Shown here in pieces: positions 15,075 to 28,597 of a DNA stretch of 64,000 bases. The DNA is taken from assembly GCA_951406725.2 (NCBI GenBank), contig OX597828.1:44330001-44394000 (forward strand). The letters are read 5' to 3'. Each line of letters opens with the position of its first letter. Within the stretch, counting starts at the first letter, position 1. The notes under the pieces are model-generated. The model did no database searches and had not been told where the DNA came from. It was given only the letters and a program-made list of their open reading frames with translations. This DNA is from Octopus vulgaris (lineage: Eukaryota). The translations under genes and the position numbers were made by a program.

Positions 15075-15482
15075 ATACGAAACCGTAAAGAAATGCCCAA
15101 GACCTAATAGTGGTATATGCGTCAACCTAACTGAGGGATCGGAGTTCTCTGTCAAAGAGAGTAAAAATTTTACAGTGAAAAACAACTTCACATGTGCTTC
15201 GGAAAACTTAACATAAGTATAAACTTGCTGAGGGCGTCGAGAGCAAAACATAGGCCAAACCAAAAACTGTCTACGCCAGAGGATGACCGTACATAGATCC
15301 CAGATGAAAATTCGGGAAAACACACAAAAAATAGCATTTAGTGAGCACATCGACAGCTGCGCCACTAATGACAAACCTGAATTCAGAAATTTTAATCTAT
15401 AAATCCAGGGACAATGCAACTTATAATCAGGGCATTAGTAGAAAATCATATTTTATCTCAAAATGTAAACCCCTTTTGAATG
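15075..15482 (+). mobile_element. Penelope-like element GIY-YIG endonuclease remnant
   Basis: Reading through stops gives KKCPRPNSGIC...FTCASENLT*V*TC*GRREQNIGQTKNCLRQRMTVH...SEH...FISKCKPLLN, matching the PLE Cys-linker plus GIY-YIG layout. Confidence 0.82.
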
Positions 15483-16938
15483 CTTCCACCACAGATGACA
15501 CTACCACAAGGATCTTAGAATAATAGACACGCAAATATTAAAAACGATATATTCTGGACAGTCACTAACCATGAATTTATTTAGAACAATTCCAATCACA
15601 ACAACTACAACCACAGTTCACTTTTAGGGCACTTGACCATTAAAGAAGATTACACGAACCGTCTACTACCGTTATACTACTCCCGTCTTTTCCTTTTCTT
15701 TCTTCTTTCTCTTCTTTCTCTTCTTTTCCTTCCTCTCCGTCTTCCTCTTCGGCTGCTGGTGCTGCTGCTGCTTAAACAATCCAAATCCAGAACCAACATC
15801 CCCTGCACCCCTTTTAAGCATTTCTTCAGATCTGCTACTACCTTCCGAGCCTTCACAAAAGTAAAAGATTTGGGGACAGAAAAATGAAAATGTCCTACCT
15901 ATTTGAAGACTATGGAAATATTATTTTTTAAATCATTTCATTTAAATTTTCTTCAATTTAAATAGTTTTTCTTACTTTACACGAAATTGTACACGTCGAA
16001 AAGAGTAAAACCGGTGCTAAAATGTTCTTCCTGCTAAAATTATTTTAGCATTCTCTACCTTGTATTATTTGATATATATATATACCAAAGACTGGCAATG
16101 GAAATTTTAATTAATTTCCGTTTCCCCTTGATATGATTAAATATATATATGTATATACATACGTGAAAACAAAAGCAGATGCATTTGCGTGTATACATAA
16201 AAAAGAAAGATGCATACGTACGTACATGCATACATACATATATACATACGCACAGATATCTGTGTGGGTGGGTGCTCCTATGCATGCCTAAATACAAGCA
16301 TATATATAGATACAGAGCTACAACAAAATAGGAAATAAGTACGATAACAATATATTCACTTTTCAGTCTCTCAGTCCAAATAGTTTGCTAAGACGATAAA
16401 TTTCCAAAATAATAATGCATGAGATTGAATAATACCAAAATATGGAATCGGTGAGTCGAAACCTTGGGCGAGATCAGCCTGATAGAATAATTGGAGAAAG
16501 CAGACGACATCTTATTCCCGCAGGAAGAAACGTTTACAGGATTATAAGCACGGCATTATCATCACGAATCACCAGACATCTGGAACAAACTGGTGCCAAA
16601 CTTTGTCTATGTACTTATGTGTGTGTGTGTGTGTGCGTAAGTAAGTATTTATATATATATATGTATAAATATATGTGTATGTATATTTACAGGCAAACAT
16701 TTGTGTATATGATAATGTACTACATGTGTAGCCGTGTATTAAAATCTGTTCATGTGTTGAGAGATAACAGAAGATAAAGATATTTTGAGCGCATTTGTAT
16801 ATTATATGAGTATGTGTTTGAATTTATGCTTGGGAGTGCTTGTATGCATGTCTGTTTGTGTGTGCAAATGACTGAATACATATACGTGTATGTGTATGAA
16901 TACTCACACACACATATATATATACATATACATGGAAC

Positions 16939-17350
16939 AGGCGGGGATGTGTGGTAAGATGCTTGCATCCAACCATATGGTTGTGGGTTCATTCCAACAG
17001 CGTGGCACCTCGCGCAAGTTTCTTTTACTGCAGCCTCGGGTCGTCCTTGTGACTGGATTTGGTAGATGGAACTGAAAGAAACTTGTCGTGTACATATGTT
17101 TGTGTGTGTGTGTGTGTATTTATGCATGTGTGTCTTTGTGTCTCTGTTTCTCCCCTATCATCTCTTGACAACCGATGTTGGTGTGTTTATGTCCCAGTGA
17201 CTTAGCAGTTCCACAAAAGAGACTGATAGAATAAATATTAGGTTTACAAAGATTAAGTCCTGGGGTCAATTTCTTCGACTAAAACCCTTTAAGACAGTGC
17301 TCCAGCATAGCCACAGTCAAATGACTGTTACAAGTAAAAGAATAAAAGAA
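16939..17350 (+). mobile_element. SINE family A (diverged)
   Basis: Collinear with 30879-31296 from the head to the agtaaaagaataaaagaa tail. Confidence 0.87.
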
Positions 17351-17389
17351 TATCTATCTATATCTATAACTATATATATATATATATAT

Positions 17390-17715
17390 GAGGTGCAGTG
17401 GTTAGGGCAGCGGACTGGCGGTCATAGGATCGCGGTTTCGATTGCCAGACCGGGCGTTGTGAGTGTTTATTGAGCGAAAACACCTAAAGCTCCACGAGGC
17501 TCCGGCAAGGGATGTGGCGAACCCTGCTGTACTCATTAACCACAACTTTCACTCACTCTTACTTCCTGTTTCTCTTGTCTCTGTAATTCAAAGGGTCAGC
17601 CTTGTCACACTCTGTGTCACTCTGAGAGTACACGTGTCTGTGGCGTGCTCAGCCACTTGCACGTTAATTTCACGAGCAGTCTGTTCCGTTGATCGGACCA
17701 ACTGGAAGCCTCATA
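17390..17715 (+). mobile_element. SINE family B (tail type 2)
   Basis: Head cagtggttagggcagcggact...ggtttcgattgcc. Tail ttgtcacactctgtgtcac...gttccgttgatcgga is shared with 57680-57922. Confidence 0.85.
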
Positions 17716-17989
17716 GTATAATAACAACTTCATAATGGCGTACCATAATATTTTATACTATTTGAAGCGACAAACAAATGATTGAAAAATGATGAGCTAA
17801 CCCCAGCGAAAACCGAACACATGAATCAACGCTAACTTGGCCCCTTGCACATTTGATTGGGCCAAACGTTCATCCATCAATTTTAACCAAATTTAGTTAA
17901 TATATACTTAAACTGTCTAATACTACATGTAATATTTTTAAACAAACGCGTTTGTTTGCAAATATTATCCGTAGATAACCACACGTTTT

Positions 17990-18685
17990 CGGCCGTCTTT
18001 CAAGTGCTTAGAACCCTCCTGAAAATTCTTGCTGTCACTAAGGGAGAAATTTTCTGTTGGAGCCTCTACCGAGCATTCTAATTCAGTCTCCTTCAACCAT
18101 TTGTCTATAGCTTGGTTTACTGTTCCCAAAACACCAATTATCATGGACACTGATCGCATGCTCCAAATTCTCTCTATTTCAAATTTTAAGGGATTGTATT
18201 TTCTTTCTTTTTCTTCCTCTTTCTTTCCGATTCTAGAATCAAGCGGTCATTATGGGTCATAAGTAAGTAACTTTGCTTTCTCTTATCTATGATCCTAATA
18301 TCTCGCCTATCATTTTCTAACCTCTCGTCCGTTTGAAGAAAGTCTCACATAATCTTACGTTTCTCCGATTCTTGTATTTTTCGACTCGATGACTGTTTCC
18401 AGCTTCAAATCCCTATTTTAGGCATAGTTACCTCCATTTCTTATATTCTTCCTGTACCTACTTGGGACATTCTACCACAATGTGTGCCACTGTCTCGTTC
18501 CAAATTTCACAGGATCTATATTTTTCTGACACAGTCTTGCCATATATATTTTTTCTCAAGTTGTTTGTTTATATGACTTGCTCTTGGGCTGCTACAGTTA
18601 AACTCTCTGTTTCCTTTTCTTAATTGCCCCTTTTTTAAACCAAGCCCAGTATTTTGTTCCACCTACGTCTTCAATGGCTCTCGAA
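17990..18685 (-). mobile_element. Decayed R4-like RLE retrotransposon 3' region
   Basis: Minus-strand translation through frameshifts: LRKETESLTVAAQEQ...ETVAHIVVECP...KYNPLKFEIERIWSMRSVSMIIGVLGTV. Confidence 0.75.
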
Positions 18686-18726
18686 AATTGGCCATATTAT
18701 TATTATTATTGGCCATATTATTATTA

Positions 18727-19015
18727 TCTTTTTCATCACAGGTTTTGTTGGAGCTCCTGGAATCTTGCATGCATAGCGGGCTTACTAACTGCATCCTACA
18801 GTACCATGCTATTCGTTCTTTTCAGCTGTCTGATACTTTCCTGGTTATTCTGGCCGTGCCAAGAAGGCAAACCTTTTGTAACAGTTCTACAGGGCACTCT
18901 ATTCCAATTTCCTTTATATTCACCTTGACGCCTTCTGATACTGTTCTCAAGGATTCAACAATAATTGGTACTATCTTCACCTTCTTTTTCCATAGCCGGG
19001 TTATTTCGTACTTAA
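18727..19015 (-). mobile_element. R4-like RLE 3' end ending in (TAA)n
   Basis: Encodes LKYEITRLWKKKVKIVPIIVESLRTV...VELLQKVCLLGTARITRKV* plus a 3' UTR running into taataataa. Confidence 0.8.
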
Positions 19016-19019
19016 GAAA

Positions 19020-19092
19020 TATATAGCATATTTTGACATCATCTCCTTCGAAATAGTCACCCTGGGCAGCGATAAACTCTTCCCAGCGCACA
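19020..19092 (-). mobile_element. mariner transposase C-terminal fragment
   Basis: RWEEFIAAQGDYFEGD matches the mariner terminal motif RWxxCIxxxGDYFEG. Confidence 0.65.
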
Positions 19093-19405
19093 TGTATTAC
19101 AGAGGGAAACCAAGGTATGACTCTTACAACGTCATACAGATTTTTTCTGGAGAATTTATGTAGGCATCTTATGCGCCCGCGGAGTAACCAACCACTTACA
19201 TTGTATTACAATCGATTGGTAATGCAGACGATCGATTTGATCGGATTGATCAAAACAGCTGGAATAGAGACAGGCCAGACCGACACGACATTAGATTGTC
19301 TTTTCTTCTATATTTGTGTATACGTGCGTGTGTTTGCGCGTTGACGTGTATGTATATACATGTGAGTGTGCGTGCAAGAGTGTTTATGTTTGTATATATA
19401 TATAT

Positions 19406-19632
19406 TTCTTTACTGCCCACAAGGGGCTAAACACAGAGAGGACAAACAAGGACAGACAAAGGGATTAAGTCGATTACATCGACCCCAGTGCGTAACTGGT
19501 ACTTAATTTATCGACCCCCGAAAGGATGAAAGGCAAAGTCGACCTCGGCGGAATTTGAACTCAGAACGTAACGGCAGACAAAATACGGCCACGCATTTCG
19601 CCCGACGTGCTAACGTTTCTGCCAGCTCACCG
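19406..19632 (-). mobile_element. SINE family C, full-length
   Basis: Reverse complement of 23086-23316: ggtgagctggcagaaacgttagcacg...gagttcaaattccgccgaggtcgactttgcctttcatcctttcgg. Confidence 0.9.
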
Positions 19633-19662
19633 CGTATATATATGCGCATGTGTGTGCATGTG

Positions 19663-19695
<33 letters not shown>

Positions 19696-20553
19696 GCGTA
19701 TGTATGTATTTGCGTGTATATATGATGATTCTCTATTGATAAGCACACTCATACACACATAAAATACACACATGCATTCACATTTATACACACATACATA
19801 TGCATATACCCACATATACATCAGACACATACATAAGCACATACACATATATACTTGACACACGCACACATTAATTCACACATGCATGCACACATACAAA
19901 CACGCTCACACACAAGCACAGACACGCTCTCACACGTACGCATATACACGCCCACGTACACACACAACACACATTCACACACAAACATACACACTCACAC
20001 ACTCTCATACATACATGCACACACGCCCTCACACATAACACACACACACGTTCAAACACATACATGGTGAGGCTTGGATACAGAAAGACAGAAGCGCATG
20101 TCTGTACATATTTTTTTTTGTTTCGTTTCGTTGTGTGTTGTTTACTTTTGTTCTTTCTTTGTTTCCAGTTTCTCTTGTTCTATTGTCCGTTTGTTTAAAC
20201 ACGGGAATCTCTGGCGGTATTTGATTAGAGCCACTACTTCCTATCTGCTTTACGTTTCATTGCCCTGGAGTCACTGAGTGAAAGTTACAATTGCATTTAG
20301 CAGGATTGATTGAATCAGCTGACCTGTTCTCTTAGCAAAAGAAGCAAAAAAATAACATGGCTATTGTCATTGGTCAAATGTTATCATTCATTGCCAGTTG
20401 TCTTTTCAAAACGGATGAATCAATGAAAGAACCACAACATGCCTGGTTGATCCGTTAGAAACACATGTCTAATGCTGTTCAAAATACACCCATACACACA
20501 CACACACACACACACACATACACACACTTTCGCTTTTTCTCTCTCTCTCTTCC

Positions 20554-20643
<90 letters not shown>

Positions 20644-20767
20644 TCTATCCGTTTATCTGTCTATTTATCTATCAAGCTATCCGTCTATCTATTAATCAGT
20701 CAATCTATCAACCTACCAACCTAGCTATTAATCTATCTATCTCTTTATCTCTTTCTATCTCTTTCTT

Positions 20768-20833
<66 letters not shown>

Positions 20834-21074
20834 TATATCCACGCAAGTCGAACTAACCCTTCCTCAAACTAGCCCTTGTCTTACAGAGCTTATATACCCC
20901 ACAGTAATTTTCTGTTCACAAGTACACATACACTGGAACACTAATTTTATATACATACATACGTATGTACGTACATGTGTGTGCGTTTGTGTGTGTGTGT
21001 GTATGTGTGTGTGTGTGTGTGTATGTGTGTGTGTGTGTGTGTATTTTATTGGTGCAAAACTGATCAAATAAGAA

Positions 21075-21292
21075 GTCAGGATAATCTTATTCTGTCCTTG
21101 TGCTTTATAGATAGTCGTTGCAAAAGATGACCGTATCGAGAACTTGGTCCGCTGAACAGCAACATGTTCAATTTCTAGTGTTCCAGTAATCCTGACAAAA
21201 TCATCTTCGAATGCACCAACATTGATTTTTGCTATGATTAAATTCTCCTGCATTTCTTGAACGATCATCCATGTGCCATTGCTAAGCCTTGA
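21075..21292 (-). mobile_element. Helitron PIF1-like helicase fragment
   Basis: GLSNGTWMIV...QRTKFSIRSSFATTIYKAQGQ resembles the conserved GLCNGTR and RxQFPxxxxFAMTINKSQGQ motifs. Confidence 0.75.
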
Positions 21293-21518
21293 AGAATCTA
21301 AATTTCTGCCATTTCTTCTTTGTCTCCAATCCTTTCTTCTTCAGACTCTCCATCTTCCCTTTTTGATTTCCTGACCCTTTTGACGTCATCTCTTAGCTGT
21401 TTCTTATTGTCTTCTTGTCCTTGGTGCTTTGTCACACCATTTGGCATCATTTCTTGACCGCGGCAACCAACTTCTCTTACCATGTGGTAGACTCGATCGA
21501 CGTCTTTTTGTGAATGTA

Positions 21519-22082
21519 TTGGGTTGTCCGGAAAGTTAGTGCCGATTTTTAAAGGAAAGAAAAAGGTCAATAAATACTTGCTATTACATTTTAAATCAAC
21601 CAAATATGAATCATTTTGTTGCACAATGCGTCTCCATCTTTCCTTTAGCTTTAAAATGCCCTTTTCCCAGAATTGAGGTAGTTTCATGGCAAACAATTCA
21701 TCAAAGTATCTTTTTACGTCATCCAAGGAATTGAAATGTTTACCATTAAGACTATTCTGCAGAGACCTGAATAAGTGGAAATCCGAAGGAGCAATATCTG
21801 GTAAATATGGAGGGTGGGGTAACACATCAACAGCCGAGCTGCAGCAATTTTTGTCTGGTTCCGAAAGCATCAAGTGCTGAAAATTAACTTTCTTATCTTC
21901 CATTTTAAAGGGTTACAGAATTAACACAGGTTATAGGAACATAAATCTTCTCCACGAAAAGATAGCTTAAATTGTGCCCTAAATTGAGGTGTAGTCAAAT
22001 CCTATTTTATGGACTCAACCATGTTCTAAAATAAGTCGAAAGTTAAGCTACTATAAATCGGCACGAACTTTCCGGACAACAA
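21519..22082 (-). mobile_element. Internally deleted mariner element with terminal inverted repeats
   Basis: TIRs ttgggttgtccggaaagttagtgccgattt and aaatcggcacgaactttccggacaac, with TA at 21517-21518. The ORF fuses the N-terminus MEDKKVNFQHLML to VLPHPPYLPDIAPSDFHLFRSLQNSL...GILKLKERW. Confidence 0.92.
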
Positions 22083-22529
22083 TGCAGCAGGAATATCAAA
22101 ACATATCGGAAAAATAGTGAAAAAGAGTCAAAAGAATGAATTAGAATTGAAGTGTAAATAATATGAACATTTAGGAATATCTAAAACATAGAATGATATA
22201 TAATCTACGAGAAATGATGTATCTGTGTGTGTGGGGGAGAGACACAATGTGTGCGTATGTGCTGTATGTGTGCGGGTGTGAGAGTTTGTGTGAGTGAGAG
22301 CGAGAGTTTTGTGTGTGTGTAAGAGAGTGTGTTGCTGTATGGGTGTGAGTGTGTGTGTCTGAGAGGAAAATATTGTATGTGTGTGTTCTGAGTGCATGCA
22401 TGAGAGTCAGTGTGTGTGTATGTTCGTGCTTGTGTGTCTGTGTGTGTGAGTGTGTGTGTGTATGTGCGTGTGTGCTGCATGTGTATGTGTGTAAAAGAGA
22501 GAGAGAGAGAGAGTGTGTGTGTGAGAGCT

Positions 22530-22565
<36 letters not shown>

Positions 22566-22765
22566 TGCATGTGTGAGATTGTTTGTGTGCCGTATGTGAG
22601 TGAGTGTGTATGAGAGAAAGAGATTGTATGTGTTTTATATGCATGCATGAGAGGCTGTGTGTGTGTTTGTGTGTGTTTGTAGGCGAGTGTGTGTGTGTGT
22701 GTGTTTGTGTTTGTATTTGTGCGTGTATGTGTGTGTATGAGAGATGTGTGTGCTAAAGCGTATGA

Positions 22766-22803
<38 letters not shown>

Positions 22804-23085
22804 ATGTACGTAGAGACAAATGAAAATTCATAACCAGAGTACAAGAGCTATAATTTCCGCATTAGTTCACCATAAAAGTTCACTTTTTTTCCCTTGAACT
22901 TTTGACGGTCCGTTCACATCCGTTGGACAGCTGACCTGTGCAAAGGTGGATGCCTTTTGTTTTCAGTCCTGCAGATCAATATTACGTCGTGTTTGCACCA
23001 AGTTGCTGTTTTAATCGAAATATTCCACCAATATTCCATGCATTTTTTTTATTTATATAAGAATGTTATTTTGTTTTTATTTCAA

Positions 23086-23845
23086 AGCGGTGCGCTGGCA
23101 GAATCGTTAGCACGCCAGGCAAAATGCTTAGCGGTATTTTGTCTGCCGTTACGTTCTGAGTTCAAATTCCGCTGAGGTCAACTTTGCCTTTCATCCTTTC
23201 GGGATCGATTAAATAAGTACCAGTTACGCAATGGGGTCGATATAATCGACTTAATCCGTTGTCTGTCCTTGTTTGTCCTCTCTGTGTTTAGCCCTTTGTG
23301 GATAGTAAAAAAATAGGTATTTCGTCCGACTTTACGTTCTGAGTTCAAATACCATCGAGGTCGACTTCACCTTTTAACATTTCGGGTTCGATAAATCAAG
23401 TACCAGTTGCATACTGGAGACGATTTAATCGACTTAGATCCTCACACAGAATTTCAGGCCTTGTACCTATACAAGGAAGCATTATTTTGTTTTATTTCTA
23501 AACGCCTTGTTAATGAGGAACGAAACCCTTTTCTATGCTAGATACAAGACTCCTACTTCAGAATTTCAACACCATGAACTACTTATTAGTATGTATGTTT
23601 GTATGTTTGCAACATTTGCGGTCAGTTAGGGTGGTGAACTGGTAGATTCGTTAGCACAACGGGCAAAATTCTTTGCGGCATTTCGTCTGTCTTCATGTTT
23701 TGAGTTCAAATTCCGCCGAGCTCGACTTGGCCTTTCAAGCTTTCCGGGTCTATAAAATGAGTATCAACTGAACTCTAAGATCTATGTAGTCGACTTAACC
23801 CCTCGCCCCACATTACTGGCCTTGTGCCAACATTTGAAACCAATA
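23086..23845 (+). mobile_element. Cluster of three SINE family C copies
   Basis: Copies at 23086-23316, 23317-23485 and 23630-23845 share ttctgagttcaaattccgc.gaggtc.actt.gccttt and taagtaccagtt. Confidence 0.88.
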
Positions 23846-24317
23846 TTTGAAGTCTCTGCATGTGCAAATTTGTTTGTGTAGTTTTATGTATGCATAACCA
23901 TACATATATTTGCATGTCTGGATATGTGCATATGTGATTAAATGCTAAACTTATGGAAAGTTTTAATATCTTGACGGTTCCACCATATATACAATCATGT
24001 ATATATATGAATGTATGTATGTGTGTATATGCAACGCTACTTGAGTGATAATGATTTTATCGATCAGGTACAGATCAAAGTGAAAGCATATCGATATTTC
24101 AACTATAACATTAAAGACCACAAAATACATTGTCCTCTAATCTCTCAGCTCTGACATCCACAGCCCCACAATAGAACAATATCATTAATTTGATTGATAA
24201 ACAAGATTAACGCGTATACAGTTAAATACATAAGCAGAAGAGTGTATGTATGTCTTTATATATATATATATATATATATATCAAAGAGATATAGACAGTA
24301 ACTGCTCGATAAATAGG

Positions 24318-24410
<93 letters not shown>

Positions 24411-24469
24411 GATAGGTAGATAGATAGATAGATATATATGTATATATATATATGTATATATATATGCAC

Positions 24470-24518
<49 letters not shown>

Positions 24519-24706
24519 CATATATATATATGTATGTATATTTATATGTGTGTATAAGTATATATATGTGCGCATGTATATAAATACATATATATATGCA
24601 TGTATGTATGTATGTGTGTTTGTGCACACACATATAATATATATACCTATTTATGTATCTATATGTATTTATATCTGCATACTGGCACCATTTTCCCGTC
24701 TTATGT

Positions 24707-24752
<46 letters not shown>

Positions 24753-24885
24753 ATACAATTGATAACTCTTAATGATTACAAGAAATTATCGGTAGCTAGC
24801 GTGAAAACCTCAAAAGAAAAGAATCCTAATTTTTTTTTTTGGCACCATTTTCCAATAGAGGGACAAAGTCTTATAAGGGGTATGC

Positions 24886-25008
<123 letters not shown>

Positions 25009-25163
25009 CACACATATATATATATATATATGTTTGTATATGCATGTGCCTGTGCGTATGTATGTATAGATGTGTAGGCACGGATATGAGCTTAAAAAGC
25101 TCCCTTCACAAACCACGTGAAATCAGACTCATAGAGCTGGGCATGGCAGTATATATATGTACA

Positions 25164-25255
<92 letters not shown>

Positions 25256-25260
<5 letters not shown>

Positions 25261-25500
25261 CAAATTTACAGGAAACAAAAGACGAAGACAGGTGTAAGAA
25301 CGAGAATTGGATGTATTAGCTTAACGCTCAGAAAGAATGGAAAAGTCATTTACGTTTCGAGCCTACGTTCTTCGACAGAAAGGATTAAGAGCTAAAAAAA
25401 AAAAGGGGGTAGAGAGAATGGAAAAAGAAGCAACAAATAACGGGGAGAGAAAAAATGTGTAGGGATGAACGGTTCAACATGATGAAATAGCCAGAAGAAA
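25256..25500 (-). mobile_element. Family H1 hammerhead-like element
   Basis: The reverse complement of 25347-25383 reads cttt-CTGTCGA-a-gaac-gtag-gctc-GAAACGTA. Abuts (TA)n. Confidence 0.65.
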
Positions 25501-25647
25501 TAGGCTAAATGAAAGGGAGATAGTGGCGGTGACTCGGTCGAACGAATTTGTGGTCTCGCGCATACGTGTGTTTGTGAAATGTATGAGTGTGTATGTATGA
25601 ATGGGGGTGAGTGTATGAGTATGTATGTGAGGGTAAGCTAAAAAATA

Positions 25648-25776
25648 TATCCGAAGAAGAGCGTCTGCTCGAAACGTTAAACCATATTTCGTTTCTTGGG
25701 CGTCTGCTAATACATTACAAGTACCACGTCCTCACATTGTTGTTTTTTTGTGTGTTTCTTCTTTTTGGATTTACTA
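25648..25776 (+). mobile_element. Short pLTR-like fragment with minimal hammerhead-like motif
   Basis: CCGAAGA-a-gagc-gtct-gctc-GAAACGTT at 25651-25678, followed by a T-rich tail into (TA)n. Confidence 0.5.
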
Positions 25777-26078
25777 TATATATATATATATATAATTGCA
25801 TATTATATTGATAAAGAAACAATTGTTCAGCATTAATCTATCTTTTCGTTGTATTTAACTTTCCTTACGTTGAAGGTAATGATATTTCTTTTGTGGAAAC
25901 AACTTCGGTGGCTATACCAGAATAAGGAGCTATTTCTAGCACTAGAGTTAACCACTTAACGGTAACTCTCTTATATTTACGTATACATTTGTATTGTCTC
26001 CCTGGTTTTTATGTACTTGGCCACTTGGTGTTAAACTGATGGTATTATTAAATTAATATCTAATTTTTCACCCTCATT

Positions 26079-26118
<40 letters not shown>

Positions 26119-26450
26119 TTTATAAACATAAGGACACAGGAAATGTGTTAAGACCGACAGGAAACTGTGTTTCCAAGGGATAAATAACAGTAGCATTCTT
26201 CCCTTTCATGGGACTGTTACATTAAGTTGACAACATACCATCACTTTATATATATTTATATACATCTGTTTAATATTATTATGTTTAATACTTCTCTCAG
26301 TGTATTGCATGGTCGTTTCTTTTTTGCATCGTTGATTTTATGTTTGATCTTCTATGTAAATAAAGATATTTCCTTGGTTTGGCTGCTTTTCTATCTACGA
26401 AATTAAATAATACATTGCGGGGTTGTTATTGTAACCAGTTGTGTCTATTT

Positions 26451-26553
26451 ATCACCCGATGAGACACATCTGCACCGCCGGATGCTTCCGAACCAGTTAA
26501 GTGTCCCGCCCGTGTAGAATAGATATTAGATGCGTCGAAACAATTGTCGTGAT
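26451..26553 (+). ncRNA. Type I hammerhead-ribozyme-like motif with extended stem II
   Basis: atcac-CCGATGA-gacacatct...agatgcgtc-GAAA-caattg-TC-gtgat. Stem I is atcac/gtgat, stem III is the palindrome ACAATTGT, and the triplet is GUC. Confidence 0.75.
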
Positions 26554-26763
26554 TAGCAATAAATTCTCGTATAGTTCATCTTCCGTCTTTCATTTGCCAT
26601 ATATATATATACATTTTTTCTCTCCTTGTTTTTTCTGTGTCCCTTTCTGTAGAAGAGCGTTGGCTCGAAACGTAAAAGACTTTTTCTATTCCTGAGCGTT
26701 AATCTAATATATCTGTTTATACACCACCTGTCTTCGTCTTTTGTTTTTTTTCGTAAACTCTCC

Positions 26764-26830
<67 letters not shown>

Positions 26831-27144
26831 TTTATAAACATAAGGACACAGGAAATGTGTTAAGACCGACAGGAAACTACAGTAGCATTCTTCCCTTTCA
26901 TGGGACTGTCACATTAAGTTGACAACATACCATCACGTTATATATATTTATATACATCTGTTTAATATTATTATGTTTAATACTTTTCTCAGTGTATTGC
27001 ATGGTCGTTTCTTTTTTGCATCCTTAATTTTATTTTTGATCTTCTATGTAAATATTAAGATATTTCCTTAGTTTGGCTGCTTTTCTATCTACGAAATTAA
27101 AAGATACATTGGGGGGCTGCTATTTTAACGAGTTGTGTCTATTT

Positions 27145-27247
27145 ATCACCTAATAAGACACATCTGCATCGCCAGATGCTTCCGAACCAGTTAAGTGTCC
27201 CGCCCGTGTAGAATAGATATTAGATGCGTCGAAACAATTGTCGTGAT
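27145..27247 (+). ncRNA. Second, core-mutated copy of the hammerhead-like motif
   Basis: atcac-CTAATAA-gacacatct...agatgcgtc-GAAA-caattg-TC-gtgat. Confidence 0.6.
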
Positions 27248-27729
27248 TAGCAATAAATTCTCGTATAGTTCATCTTCCGTCTTTCATTTGCCATATATAT
27301 ATACATTTTTTCTCTCCTTGTTTTTTCTGTGTCCCTTTCTGTAGAAGAGCGTTGGCTCGAAACGTAAAAGACTTTTTCTATTCCTGAGCGTTAATCTAAT
27401 ATATCTGTTTGTTTATGTCGCTACTATGTTCTCCTTTCATTGTCTTGGAATCCTTTTTTCCGATCTGAAGGATACCACTTGGTAACTGCACGGGTCCGAC
27501 TATAGTCTGCGAATCTATTTTCGACCAAACAGGACTTCTGCGTTCACTATTCCTGATAATTGACCGATTTTGATGGAATTGATACTGTTAATAATTAGTT
27601 TTAACAAAATCAGGTCTTATCCCTTACATATATACGTGAAGATCTTCTAAAATGTATGTTTTTGATATTTATAAACACACACATAGGCACACACACATAC
27701 ACACACGTATGTATATATATATATATATA

Positions 27730-28597
27730 CTAGCTGACGTAGCCGGTAATTCCAAGTTCCAGGGAAAGTGGTGTTTATACCTTGGTTCATAATTGTTTCA
27801 CTAATCCTATAACAACAATACAATGTATGTAGTTCTTGTGCATTTACAGAGAATACCGAAATGTTTTAGACAGGATCTTGCTTTTAGGAATTCCCAATAC
27901 GTTATGAATGCCCAAATTGCGAACTCAGTAATGTAATAACAGGAAATTAGTTACCCAATAGAAAGAATTCAAATTAAGTATCCCCGAAAAGGGCTTTAAT
28001 GCGTTCCTAGAGTATATAGAACTTAGGAGGAAATACTAATAAGTTATGTATACTAAAATCGTGAAGCACGTTACGTAATAACAGGCTAATCAGATATGAG
28101 ATAACAATTCGAAGTAAATAACTCTGAAAAGGGCTTTTGAGCGTTCCCAGAGAATATTACACTCAGGAGCGTTAGTGTTGGTATATTCGTGAATTAGTCA
28201 CTAACCGAAATAAGTGGATCTATTGTTTAGGAAAATGCTATTTACTAGTTTGAGGGTTGTACTGGATAAATTGCGAAAATAACTCTAACAGTACAAATGC
28301 TAAGAAATAAGCATACTCAATTTAATTTTTACCAAATAATTTATGAACATGAATGGGTTACTCCCCTTGGCTATATATAAGGATTCCTTCCAGGGATGAA
28401 TGTATCAGATATATATAAGGATGCCTTCCAGGGGCCCAATTATCAATTTTTGCAACAATCTGAGTACGCCGTGAGGTTTCCAGACATGCGTTTTACTCAC
28501 GTGTCAAGTGTCATCAAAATCGATAAAAGGATGTGGGAGGAGTTAGTTAACAACTCCATAAATACACCCACAGACAGAAGTTCCCACATATGTAGGA
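27730..28597 (-). mobile_element. Non-autonomous Helitron-like element
   Basis: The minus strand begins a|TCctacatatgtgggaacttctgtctgtg and ends ...cagCTAG|t. It shares aaa.gatgtgggag.agtta...acagacag with 34130-34517. The 3' hairpin is weak. Confidence 0.6.

Larger units (their letters stand above)
26115..27415 (+). repeat. ~700-bp tandem duplication, each unit carrying two hammerhead-like motifs
   Basis: Units start tgtctttataaacataaggacacagg at about 26115 and 26827 and are separated by (TA)n. Long motifs at 26451-26553 and 27145-27247, minimal motifs at 26642-26678 and 27334-27370. Confidence 0.9.
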
